The notes below the pieces were generated by a model, which saw only the letters and a program-made list of their open reading frames with translations, ran no database searches and had not been told where the DNA came from. Shown one piece after another: positions 13,368-25,624 of a stretch of 64,000 bases of DNA. How positions within the stretch are numbered: the stretch's first letter is position 1; each line of letters begins with the position of its first letter. Made by a program: the position numbers and the translations under genes. This DNA comes from Lama guanicoe (Eukaryota), in NCBI GenBank assembly GCA_013239625.1, contig MU053881.1, positions 6,285,957-6,349,956 on the forward strand, read 5' to 3'.

Positions 13368-13445
13368 AATGGAGGTACTGAGGATTGAACCCAAGACCTT
13401 GTGCATGTTAAGCATGTGCTCTACAACTGAGCTATACCCACCCAC
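13365..13445 (-). mobile_element. tRNA-derived SINE monomer, camelid Vic-1-like
   Basis: Minus strand GGGTATAGCTCAGTTGTAGAGC...GGGTTCAATCCTCAGTACCTCCATT with A and B boxes; (CA)n tail. Confidence 0.85.
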
Positions 13446-13489
13446 CTTTTAGAGCTGTTTTTCTGTTTGTGTGTGTGTGTGTATTGTTT

Positions 13490-13632
13490 TTTGTTTTTTT
13501 GTTTTTTAATTTTTTAGGGGGGGAGGTAGTAAGGTTTATTTGTTTATTTATTTTTTAAATGGAGGTACTGGGGATTGAACCCAGGACCTCGTGCATGCTA
13601 AGCACACACTCTACCACTGAGCTACATCCTTC
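13490..13632 (-). mobile_element. tRNA-derived SINE, camelid Vic-1-like, with A-rich and C-run tail
   Basis: Minus strand GATGTAGCTCAGTGGTAGAG...GGGTTCAATCCCCAGTACCTCCATT followed by AAAT-rich tract. Confidence 0.85.
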
Positions 13633-13826
13633 CCTCTACTCTTTTCTGACCCCCCACCTTGTTCAGGATTCACACTTCAGTGCTGGGAAGATCAGTGACA
13701 GGGTGAGGATGTCTGGTTTGCACATTACTCGAATATTTAATGGTTTATGTATAAACCATAACTAAATGACCCTGAATAAAAAGAGCTCCCTCAAAGCCCC
13801 CGTATCAAAATGCCACATTATTTTTA

Positions 13827-13890
13827 TTTTTTTTTTACATTTTTTATTGATTCATAATCATTTTACAGTGTTGTGTCAAATTCCAGTGTT
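13827..13890 (-). mobile_element. 64-bp extremely 5'-truncated young L1 3' end
   Basis: Resembles the L1 terminus at about 60510-60558 (gacacaacactgtaaaatgattat...aataaa, polyA); perfect 14-bp TSD ccacattattttta at 13813-13826 and 13891-13904. Confidence 0.88.
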
Positions 13891-14522
13891 CCACATTATT
13901 TTTAATGTGTAGATTTCCAGAAAATTAGTATGTGAGTTACATTTTTAAAAAGAAAAAGAAATTATATTAATAAAACAATGGATTTTGAGCTCTCAGGAGA
14001 AATGTAAGAAAGGAAGTATGGAATCAGGATCAATTCTGTTAGGATTTAAAATCTGTGAGGGCAGGCTCTGTATCTCATTTGTCCTTTGCCCTGTGTTTAG
14101 CAAACATTTAGCTAATATTTGCTGAATTGAAAGAGGCCAGTAAGATAAAGTAAATCATTCAGGTAAGTATGGAACTAAATTTAAAAATCACTATTTTATT
14201 CTTACTCAATATTAAATCTAAGGCTGGAGCTCTGGTTGTTGTACTTAAACAAACAAGCTAAAAAAGACAAATGAAGCTGGAAGAAAGGTTTGGGGCTGCA
14301 AAAAAATCTTGTTGACAAGTAGCATGACCAGAAAACAGAGTCTTCAGCTTACAAAATGGAAACAGTTGAAATAAACAAATAGATAAATAGTTTTATGATG
14401 CATGTGAATAGGACTTACATTCACCAAATACTGGTGTACAGGAACTAAGGGAGATAGTCTCAAAGTCTTAGAAAGTTAATCTGAGGCCAAATGAAAGGAA
14501 TTCTTTCTTTAGCAGATAGCTT

Positions 14523-14687
14523 CACGGGTGTCCAGACTACGCACTGGCCCAGGGTCCCGTGCTTAGAAGGGCCTGTGCTTAGTTCAATGCTCTGCTGCCA
14601 AGGTCTTGAGATTCTTAATCATTTATGAACAAGGCACCCCAAATTCTCATTTTGTACTGGGACCTGTGATTATGTATGTGGTCTTGC
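14523..14687. mobile_element. MER91-like hAT-Tip100 element
   Basis: cagggtcccgtgcttagaagggcc...ttgagattcttaatcatttatgaacaagg...ttcattttgtactggg-type motifs. Confidence 0.7.
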
Positions 14688-15731
14688 AGTAACATGAAAA
14701 AATTATTCATCCTAAGAATTGTTGAGGTTAACAGTATCAACGGGGTAAAATGAGTTTGGACAAATTAATGAATTAATGTAGAATTCTTTAATGAGAGTCT
14801 GCTTTTGAAAAGCTAAAGATATTTTGGGTTTTCTCAAACCTTTGAGGATGATGTAATAAGGGCAGCTACCAACAGAGGGCCTAACAGAGAATGAAATTGC
14901 CTTTCTCATTATTGTCTATCTGAAATCCAGAGACATGGAACTGCTATAAATTTGAGTAAACAATGAATTGCCGTAGAAATACTGGACAATTATTTTTCAA
15001 AGCAGGAAAAATTTAAAACAATGATTAATAAACAGAATTTTGGGTGAAATGTGACACTTCTCTCCCTTTTTCTCAGCATTTAAAATAAGTAAGTTTATTG
15101 GATTGCTCTGTATGACCCAGTTTTGTCTCTCTCCAGTTTTCCTGGCAGCTTCCTTGTTCTAATCACTTGAACAATCTTACCCCTTTCCCAGTTAGACAGA
15201 AATCAGAATTTACGACTAGAAAACATTTCAGAGCACGAAGAAGATCCCCAAGAACTAAACCTGACTGTGGAGGGCTGCCCCAGGACAGTCATTTCAACCC
15301 TGCGCATCTTAGAAAAGCTACTTAGAATCTGGAATTCTTGAAATTTACTCTTGGAAAATTAAAGAGTACATTAAAAAGTAACCAGATATGCTTGCTAAAT
15401 GTATCATACAGGCCCCATGTAATGAATCTGATGGGAAAACAAACTTTCTCTCAAAAAGGCCACTGGATTTCAAAGTTACAATAATCTTACACCAAAATTT
15501 ACCAACAAAAACCTTGGGGTAAATGCAACAGGGCTCTCCAGTTAAAATCAGGGGACTTAATGTAACAGTAGCCTCCTCATACACATTATTATTTAGAAAA
15601 GCAGACTATTTCTAAAAATGTCAAGGCTGCCTTTTCCAAGTGAAGATAAATGCCCCTGGAGAAGAGTCTGTAGGAAAATACCTGACTTTTCTGTTTAGAA
15701 CATTCAGTTCTATTTTCTAATTAGCTTAAGG

Positions 15732-15915
15732 CAGAAGTCCTCAAAGTATGGTCCTTGAGCCACCATCATCACCTGAGACTTGCTGAAAATGCAAATTCTC
15801 AGGTCTCAGTCTAACACCTCCTAAAACATGAACTCTAGGGGTGAGGGGGTCCAGTAGTTTGTAGTTTAACAAGAACCCCAGTGATTCTGATAATCACTGA
15901 AGTCTGAGACTACTG
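15732..15915. mobile_element. MER5A-like hAT-Charlie element
   Basis: ctcaaagtatggtcc...catcacctgagacttgctgaaaatgcaaattctcagg...gaagtctgagactactg. Confidence 0.88.
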
Positions 15916-18316
15916 TCTTAGGCAGGTAAATACAAGGCTGTTTAGCACCTAAAAATGAGGATCTTTTGTGATTTCAATTTCCAAACAAGCAGTCAGATAT
16001 AAGAACACCAAAGTTCAGAGACTGGCTTGGAGGACCATAAACACTGAGAAAGATTCACTCAGAAGATGACAAAAATAGAAAAAAACAACACAATAAGTAT
16101 TTGAAGACATGTATTATAAAATAAGAAACATTTAAAACCTTTATAGTAAGACAACATGCTTTTCATTTGTTGCCAGTACTTTAAATAGAAATGTCTTGAA
16201 TATTAATATATAAACATTAATATATCCACTAATAGAGGCCAATTGGTGATGATTTTTATCTTTCATAACTGTTTCTATCGCTGAAGAGTGCCATCTTGTT
16301 TTTAACACAGAAATAATGTATTGCTTTAAAATCAGGATTTGAAAACACATTACGATAAAGAAATCGATTAGAAACAACAAAACATGCATTAGGTAACCAG
16401 CAACTGTGCTGAAAAAGATACACCACTCACGTATTCCATTATGTAAATGAATTCAAAGATATTTCATGACTGATCAGCTAGAAGGGACATAATGATTTAT
16501 AATTCAAATAACTGAGCACTGAAATCAAATTGAGTTAATATATATTTCTAAATATGCAAACCTGAAATAATTGTTAAAAAATATAAATCAATGTACCCAT
16601 GTTGAAATCATTCCTATCCTTTGGTATGAAATGCTATAGCTTTTAAACTTTTATCTAATAAGCTTTCTGAAAATATGGTTTTTTTATTAACTTCAAGAAG
16701 AAGTACTCAAAAGCAATAAGTAACTTGCAAAATAAAAGGTTATAATCTTAGGATTAAAGATATAAAAGATAAAAGGTGATAGGAAAGCATCTTAAGTAGC
16801 AGATACAAATAAATTAGGCATTATGCAAATTATACAAAAAAGAATACAAATCAAATTAATTGTATATCAGATTTCAATTTCAAACAAAAAAATAGGGTAA
16901 ATCTAAACAATAGATATGTGCTATAAAATAACACAGGCTTCTTTCTAGATAATATGCTCTCGAAGTAATTCATTGTGAAAAGGCCAGAGTTTGCAATACT
17001 AGGAAGTACTTATAAACCACTTCATATGTTAGAAATAGAGTATTTCAGCATTATTATTAAAAAAATACAGGTTGAGTTTTTTTTTTAATAAGAAAAAATA
17101 CATATCTTAAAAAGCCAAAATGACCACTGGAATTGGGTTGTACATCACTTTCCAGTAAAAAGGAAAAACAGCCTGGACAGGTGTAATTTATCATTTTTCT
17201 GATTTAATATCAAAGAAATATATTAAAATAATAAAAAGAATCCTGAAATCCTCAAAATTTGTAGTGATAAATAGCCCTCCCTGTCTTTATTGCATTATAC
17301 CTACTAACAGAAATATTGCATGGTGGATTTTGCCAGACAAGGACGATTATTTTCCAATAAAAAGTTGCATATTAAATTCCAGCACAAAAGTGGGTGTCTA
17401 ATACTTTGGAAATCTTTTATGGCTTGCCAAAGAACGCAATTTTAAACTTAACTAATACAAACATATTCCTGGAGTGAACCTACATTAAAGATTTCCATCC
17501 AATGCCACCCAATTTCAGAATGTTGTCCTCATATTAAAACATCAGCTAATCTTAGCAGTTAACTAAACGAACACTGATTTTTCACAACTCCTATGTATTT
17601 GATAGATAACATATAAAAGATAATCTATATGCTTCTTTCTCATTGATCAAAATATAATAGTATCAACGATCATCTAATAAGAAAGGATGATTTTGGCTTT
17701 AGATTTTAAAAATCTGCTAAGTAGATACCTAAATATTTAATGCGTACTGGGAAATCTTATTTTAGAGTAAATAATATTTTGATTTGGTGGGGGAAATCAA
17801 AGTGGTCAGAAGGCTTATAATTTCCTTTCTGTTACTCTTTTGTGCCTCTTTACTAAGGAAAATAATATTCTTTTCAATTGAAGAACACTGAAGAAATACT
17901 GGCTCTAAGGAATTCAGTTTTTATAAAATAATATTCTTAAAACATTTTTACCTTCTTAAAACTAGTTACATGCTTTCTTTTGAAACAAGAACATCCTGAC
18001 AGTTATGAAAAATCATGGACTAAAACATGTAGTTGCATACTTTCTCATCCATTTACAAACCTGGGTGAGTATAAACATAACTTGAGTTAGAAATCTATAT
18101 GTCTATATAAATTCAATTGTGACACTGAATAAAATGCTTCATATTATGTAGCTAACATAAATCTTTCAAAAATATGTATTTATAGATAAGGCTAAATGAA
18201 AGGCTTTTTATTAAAAAAAACTCTTGAAAAATTGTAAATAAGGAAATTACCTGGCTAATAGAATGTACCTGTTAGGTTGTTTATGTACATTATCAGATAT
18301 ATAGTAAAAAGGATAT

Positions 18317-18397
18317 CCAACAGATAGGTCATTTAGGAACTGAAGCGTCCTTGAAATTACAGGCTCACATCTTCCCCAGTATTTAAGGTTTGTAACA
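18317..18397 (-). CDS. RANBP17: RANBP17 coding exon (81 nt; exon 16), (I)[26 protein letters not shown](G)
   Basis: Acceptor tttttatgtttag|TGTTACA; ends GTTGG|atatccttt (U12 donor); phase 2 to 2, in frame with both neighbours. Confidence 0.96.
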
Positions 18398-19442
18398 CTA
18401 AACATAAAAAAAAAATTTAATTATGATTAAAGTATTTGCTTGCAAAGGGAGAACATGGAAATACACATACATTCATGTAAGTTAGATGACCTAAATCACA
18501 AATATCTCACAAAGTGAAAAGTGGGTTTAAATTCCAATGGAACATTTTCTAGTCTATTCTTTTTAGACTGTATACAAAATTGTACACAATCAATGCACAA
18601 TGAACATTGCTCTCCAAATGGTGTATTATTCTATAAATTTAGTTTTATAAATTAAAAAAGTTGCTAACTGTTTCACAAAGAAACATCAAGTTTGTATCCA
18701 AAACAAACCTATTAGGGGGTGAGAGCAGGAGTTACAAAGGAAGTCAAATAGAGGCTTATAGTTACTGCCAAGAAACCAACCATCAAACTTGTGGCTCCAA
18801 AACTCACCTCTTATGATCATGGTTATTTATCTAACTTTCTTATCTGTAAGCAAGACAGTGCTATCTATCTGTTATACAGATCAAGTAGGATTTCAAGTGG
18901 AGGCATATAAGTTTAGGCAAAGTGTACAAAGTTATGTCTATGGCCTGAAAGTAGTTAATTCTGCTAAGAGTATAAGGGTAATTTAAGGACAGTTTCCACG
19001 GATTATGTGTCTGATAGCCATAGGTTTCTGCTGGAATCAATGAATGCCCGGCCTGAAGGCAATCAAATCTCTCTCAATCATTCTAATTTGCAATAATATC
19101 TTGAGTTGGTCTTTAAAACTGAGCATTTTCTTTCTAATTAAAAAAAAGCTGCCCAATTGAACTGAAGAGTCAAAGTCTGTAAAATTTTCAAAACCACATT
19201 TTGATATTGCATACTGCAGTTGAATGGATACCTTGACAAATAATTCTTTTTGGGTGGTGAATTCTAAATATGTGAAATTAAGTTTCAAATAAGAACAATG
19301 CTACTATTCTAAGAATTAAAGCATAATTTAAAGTCTTTTATTAAAAATTAGTATTTATGAGGAGATTTAAACACAGTATAAAGATCTACTAGATTCAGAA
19401 CAACAATAAAAGAAAAATCAAAGAACCAAAGCAGGAACTCAC

Positions 19443-19516
19443 ATTTTTGTCATGAATGTTTCTAGAACATGGTTATCATCTGTTATTCCTAAGACTTCTG
19501 ACATACGGGCATATAC
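19443..19516 (-). CDS. RANBP17: RANBP17 coding exon (74 nt; exon 15 by recalled human numbering), VYARMSEVLGITDDNHVLETFMTK(I)
   Basis: Minus strand reads ttttcatgcag|GTATATGCC...ACAAAAAT|gtgagt; phase 0 to 2; peptide recognised as RanBP17/exportin-7 family; frame continues into next exon. Confidence 0.96.
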
Positions 19517-20074
19517 CTGCATGAAAACATTTAATTGTTAAAAACTTTGTCTTTAACATGTATTTTCAAAAGACTATTCCAACTGAACAAATGTAAAGAT
19601 TCAATGCATTGTTATATCCTCCACACTGAAGTAGGAAATGAGTGGGGAGAACAAACTAAGAATTAAATTTTTTAAAATACAATTTAGAGATTCACCCTCC
19701 TCTTTTTCTTCCAGGGAGCACTTCCCTTATTTTGAAACATACACACACCCACACAAACCCACATTCACAGACTCATTTTATTCCCAGCATACCACATATT
19801 TTTTTTTCTCAAAGTGGTAACAAACCACCCCTTTCTTAAAGATGAGCATCTGTAGGTAAAGTGAGTGCCTCAATAAAAGACTCCAACGTTAAAAAAATTT
19901 CCATTGGTTCCAGATTTTAGCAAATCAGCAAATAATTCAGGATTCTGTTAGGTAGTTGTAAAAATAAGGATTGCAAAAATAAGAGGAAGTTAAAGAATTT
20001 ATAGAAATTCTCCTCAAATCTCTCTCAGTAAGCTCCCCCAAATATAGAGATAGGTCTTACTTTCCATGCTGCAA

Positions 20075-20945
20075 CTGGAATCCCAGGATCAGGGATTCTC
20101 TGCTGAATACATCGGGGCCTGAGAATCCACTAAGCTTCCAATCAGGGAGTGTTGGCTGCGGAGTTTGGGGTGCAACATTTCTGTCCCAACCCAAGCTACA
20201 CTGAGCTTATAAACACATATCCCACTTCAAGTGGGAAAATGCCAGCGGCAGCCAATGGGAATATTCCCTAAATACCCTGGCAAAGCTGAGAGGTGGCTTG
20301 ACACCTTCACACTCCCTGATGCTCTGGTGTGATTCCAGGTTATATCTGCCAGACGCCAGCTGTGTGGGATTTCTCTTCTCTGATTTGACCCCCTGTGATT
20401 GTGTTCTCTCATTCTCTCCTGATCTCCTGATCTGCCTATTTTCTACGGTATGGCAACTTAGCTTTCACTCACTCAGCCTTTTGTTTTTCATATGTAAATA
20501 CTACCTTGATATACTGTCATAGGTGGTGAAAATGAGCAAAAAAAAAAAAAAATCACAGAACAACCACAAATCATCCAGAGTTACATGGTAATACAGAGGA
20601 GGAAAGCTGTTTGCAGCAGAGATCTCATACTTGGATTTTAAACACAACCAGAAGCTTGTGTTCCAGGGTTTTGACTTAAGTCCTATGACCAGAAGCTCCT
20701 CAGGCCAGCAGAGTGAATCAGAGGGAGAGAGAGGGGGAAAGGAGGGGGCAAATGAAAGAAGAGGTAGAAGAGTAGACAGGAGAAGCTGGATGAGAGAGAA
20801 AGAAAGGGAAATTGAGATTCAAATTCCTATTGCCTCTTCTGTTAACTTCCGAGTCCTACAGAAGAGCATTTCAATTACTGCATCTGTGTCTCTGTTCACA
20901 AGAGTAGGCCTTCATCTCTTATAAGACTAAAGCTATCACTGTAAC
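20075..20945. mobile_element. Old ERVL/MaLR-like LTR fragments (family not assigned)
   Basis: GC-richer blocks with LTR16/33-like texture (cagccaatgggaa, purine-rich tract); weak recognition. Confidence 0.3.
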
Positions 20946-21149
20946 ATATTTGCAGGGAAGAGGGAGCCAGGAAGAAAGAACCCAGGGACGTTAGTTACCA
21001 CCAACCCTCAATGATCAGAAACCTTTAAGCACATAGATGGCTCAAAGGAAGAATGTTTGTAAAACATGATCTTATCTCAACATGATCCAAAACCTCTCTC
21101 ATGAATGAGAGCGAACTGAGTCCCATGGAAAATCTGATACTGATATGAT

Positions 21150-21500
21150 TAATAGCACACAAGGCCCTTCACAACTTGGCCCCAACCTACCTCATCTTCT
21201 ACTGTTTCCCTCAACCTGAAGCCATAATGAAATGTTCATGAAATACTGAGGCTTCTCATGCAGTTACAGATCTCTATGAGTTTACACACTGTTCATTTTT
21301 CCTGAATTGGCTTTCCTCCTTCTCTTCCTCTGATTCTCATTCAAAACAAGGCATCTCTGAAGCCTTCCTTGCCTTTCCAGGCTGTGTGAGTCGCCCTCTC
21401 CTTTATGCTCCTACAGTATCTGGTCCATTCCTCTAGCACGATGCTTTTCACACTGTAATTGTTTGGGTGTTCATCTCACTCACCACTCTGTACTTTTGTA
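21150..21500 (+). mobile_element. L2 3' fragment
   Basis: caaggcccttcacaacttggccccaacctacctc...tctctgaagccttccttgcc. Confidence 0.75.
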
Positions 21501-23309
21501 AAACAAAATTTTACATTTTCAAGACTCTGCAAATGCTGTTTTTTTTAATGGCAAAGACCAGAATTAACCTGATTATGATTTTGCCCATGCCACCTTGAAT
21601 AATAAAAATATAAAATGTGATTTTAAGTGTTTAAGACATTTTAACATTTTAAATACATTTTTTTACTGACAGTTCTTACAAGGAAGTTTTCTGCTGTGTC
21701 CCTGGCATTTATGAAAGGAGGAAGCTAAGCAGGCAGGTCTGTTGTGCTCTGCTGTCAAAACAGTTTCTCAAAGCATCAGATTTGACCCAATAAGGTACTA
21801 GAAAAAACAGTCAACATTGACACATGGCAGTGCTTTAATCCACAATTATCCTTGTAACTTGCACCATTCCTTTTATCATCCATTAGCTTTGATTCCCATT
21901 ATCCCATCTAGAACTGTGTCAACGCTTTTGTCCCTAGGGATCTCTCTCCACTACCAGGATCTGACAGTCAGGCTTGAGTACTAAACAGGATCATTACCTC
22001 TTAAATCCACTTATCTGATCTACTGAATAGTAAATTGAAAAGCTCATTAAGAGCAACAATCTGATTTGTTTCCACGTGTGACAGGGTCATTTAAAATCAA
22101 TGTATGATTACTGCATTTCTTTTAAAAGGCTGTCTCACGTTTTCCAAGGAGCCTTATCAGTCAGAGAACATGCAGATAATGTGAAAATGTCTTCAAAGAT
22201 CTGAAATGCAATTATACTGCAGACATACATAATTTTGGGGGTGAGAAGTAATTTGTCCAGTGAGAAAATATCTATAAAATTGTTTACCATAAAGCACAAG
22301 TCAATGAAAGTTTCCTATAGAAAAAATTCTAACACAATATTTAGGGGTTTTCAACATTTTCTAAAATTTCCATCACTCCACCAAAAATAATTTTTATGAC
22401 AGCAAGAAGAAATTATATCACAATATGTACTCATTTTAAGAAAAGAAATAGGAGCTGGCACAGGAGTGAAAGAAAACAAAAAAACCTCACTTTCAGCTCA
22501 CAGATTCCCAACCTTTTATTTTATAATCAATTAAGACAATTTGATCTTAGTGAAAAATAAGCAAAAATCTAAGAAATAAGAGACCATGCCCACTTGCGCT
22601 GTTCATCCATCTTTGAAGGATACAATAAAGTTGAATAAATGGTTATGCCTTTGGTTATGTATTTCACATAATTAGAGATACACACATTGTAAGTTAGTTT
22701 TTGCCCATTAGCCTGTAATTCCTCCCTTTCTTCCTTTAAAAAAAAGACGCTTATATTTTATTAGACTACAAACTTCCTGAGAGCAGAGATGATGCTCTCT
22801 TATCTCCCACGCATAACACTCAATAAATGTTTGTTAAATGAATAAAAGAATGTAACGTTAAAATGCGCATTTTGGCTGACTCCATTTCATTCACAGTTTT
22901 TTAACAAAAGGAAAACAACGAACAAAAGGTGTGTTTTTTATACAGAACTTATTTTTCCCTGTAAAAATAATGTATCCCAAATTCGACTCACTGAAGAACC
23001 ATCTAAAAATTTTATTATTTAAAAAGATGTAGTGTTAATACTTAAATAATATTTCTGGAAGAAATTCTCCCTATAGGTTCACTAAGAAGAGCTCTCCTCC
23101 TCTGGATACTCAAAGCATCCATTGTTGCCAGCCTGTTAGTGGCACTTCTAAAGTAACAGCATATGATCTTGTTGAGTATTCATTTTCCATGTTAAAAGGT
23201 TTCCTCCATTACTTCAAGCATGTGCTGTCTAAGGGCAGGGAAAATGACTATTCCTCTTTATATCTCCAGAAGTACTGAGAACACTGTCTTGATAAACTTA
23301 GCAACATAG

Positions 23310-23510
23310 ATAAAGCTCAGGCTTTGGTCCCAAAGATAACTGGGTTTGGATTCTGGATCTGCCACTAACTATGTGTTACTTAAAGTCTCTGAATCTTGGT
23401 TTTTTGCCTGAAAAATAGGAATAGTAATAGAACATACTTTATAGGCTTTGGGGAAGATTAAATAATGACATCTAACACAGAGCCTGGCATTCAGTAGCTA
23501 CTCAACAAAT
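23310..23510 (+). mobile_element. MIR
   Basis: ctgggtttggattctggatctgccactaactatgtg...aacacagagcctggcattcagtag. Confidence 0.8.
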
Positions 23511-25032
23511 GCTGCTCTCCTTCCTACTCCCTCTTACCGTCCCTTTCTCATAACAGGTGCTAATACTGTCAGCTAATGTCTTTCCAACAGAAGACTCATT
23601 ACTAAAAAATACCAGAAGGGTAAGAAGGTGATAACCTTGAAGATTTACACCCAGAAAAAAGGTTATAACAAATAAAATTTTGAAATTTGCATTATCTGTG
23701 AAATCTCTAAATATATTCAATTAACACATTCTAATCATGGTCAGAAATGACATTCGCTAACGACATAGAGCTTCAAAATTTCATGATACAAAACAAAATT
23801 CTTTCTACTTCTAAGTAGTTATTGCCTTAGAAGCTAAAAAAAATTAACCATTTTAACCAGTCATCCATCTCTTTGACTCCTGAAATACATGAAATTGTTA
23901 GAAATGTAAGAAATTATCATTATTACAGTCTTAAGGAGGCATGCTCCTAAAAAACTGCCCTAATATGTTTGTTTTCTTATCTCTATTCATTTTACTGTGA
24001 AGGTTTTTTTAAACTTCAGAAAAAAGCACTTAGACAAACACATACCACTTCAATGACCTTCAACATGTTCAATATGCTTCAATATGTTCTCTCACTTCTC
24101 AAATATTGCCTGTGTATATGCAGGTAGTTTATATGATTTTACATCTGGTTTTTAGAAGGGAAGCCAGACAAGATAAGAAAACCAGACAAGGGAATACACA
24201 TACAAACAGCAATAAGATTCTGAGTTGTAAATTTAATTTAATAAAGAATAAAAGCATGTGCTGCGATAATTTTTAAATTGCTTTCTTTTTCCAATCCTAA
24301 TCCTTGGTCTTGAGTATCTGCAGCATTGTCTCTAAAATTCTGGTTATAACTTTGAAGAAACTAATTATGTCAATCCTTAAATTTGAAGTAGATTACAGAA
24401 CTGGGAAACCCAGAATATTAGTTCCTAAAGGTTGTATGGATATATAATGACAGTTACAGAAATTCAATAACAGCCCTCTATGAAATGTACTCAAAAGCAC
24501 CACATGAAACAAATTAAGAAGAACAATGAATCTCTCATTCTGTGTAAATAAGAAAATAAGAGAAAACATTGGTTCTATAGGTTTTCGTAAGAGTTGTTAT
24601 AATGAATTAAGATTTTGGATAATGAATCTTCAGAAAATTACAGTAAGTTAATACCCTTAGGCCTTCTATAAATGTTTAAGACATTATAACTTTTCCAAGA
24701 GCTTTTATAAGCAGGCTCAACGCAGAAAATTAGCAGTGCTATAGAAATCAACAACAAAGTATTTTGCCATCAGATGACATACTTTCCTGAACCAATTTAG
24801 TCTAAAACATTTGCATCCAGTAATATAAAATTGATGCCATAAAATTAAAATAAAAAACCCCAACAACTGTGAATTTTAAAGTATTGCTTCAATCTATTGA
24901 AATGATGTATAAATCAAGATTTTTAACCAAATATAATTTGGTAAAACAAAACCTGTCACTGGAAAGGATCCAATATAATAAAAGCATTAGAGTTCCCGAG
25001 GAAAAGAATTTTGGAACTGAGTATGAACTCAC

Positions 25033-25107
25033 TTATTATGAGTAAAAAGCCAATTTCCATATTTTTGTCTCAGGTTTTAAGTGCCCTTGAGGCCAATGCA
25101 GTGCGTT
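25033..25107 (-). other. Candidate stop-containing cassette exon (75 nt), NALHWPQGHLKPETKIWKLAFYS**
   Basis: ttctcatatag|AACGCA...TAATAA|gtgagt; acceptor polypyrimidine tract is weak. Confidence 0.35.
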
Positions 25108-25624
25108 CTATATGAGAACCCATTAAAGTGAAAGCTAGGGGAGAGAGGAGCAGGAGAAGGGTACAAGGAAGCTAATAGAGCATCTAATGACTTGGATCTA
25201 AACAGTGTGGAGCTAAAGATATTGAGCTCTTCCATGAACGTTTGAAGAAAAATAAAACATGATCATCACAATTAACTTGTGACCGCATCAAGAGAATTAA
25301 TGGTACGAGCAATATTTTTGCATATTAAATGCGTAAACCTAGTGATAATTAATAGATCCACATTATTCTTGACTAATTTTTCCACATCATTTAAAATAGC
25401 ATCACAAAATACAGGACCAAAATTAGGTGAAAAATCTTTTGTCAAAACTTGATTTTAAAGCCATAATTTACGTCAGAAACCAAGTGGCAAAAGGTTAGGA
25501 ATCTGCTTGCCCCACTCAGTGGAATACAGAATGGCATCTGATAAAGAAAAGCTGGTTATGGAAATATAAAATAAACGTGAATATTAAGTATTTATTTCAA
25601 TTAGAATATCTGAACCCACCATCT

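Larger units (their letters stand above)
12960..14950 (+). mobile_element. Fragmented ancient L3/CR1-like LINE interrupted by younger elements
   Basis: ttatgggatgacttttccaagg, ttatttaacattctgaaaaccatctgga, actaagggagatag...ggccaaatgaaaggaattctttcttt resemble CR1 ORF2. Confidence 0.4.
8125..18316 (-). other. U12-type (minor spliceosome) AT-AC intron of RANBP17, 10192 nt
   Basis: 5' site ATATCCTTT (18308-18316), branch TTCCTTAAC (8134-8142), terminal AC (8125-8126); this junction gives an intact GGC codon and frame. Confidence 0.93.

Noticed and set aside
13365..13632. tRNA genes
   Set aside because: tRNA-like heads have diverged stems, A/CA-rich tails and a TSD, so they are SINEs.
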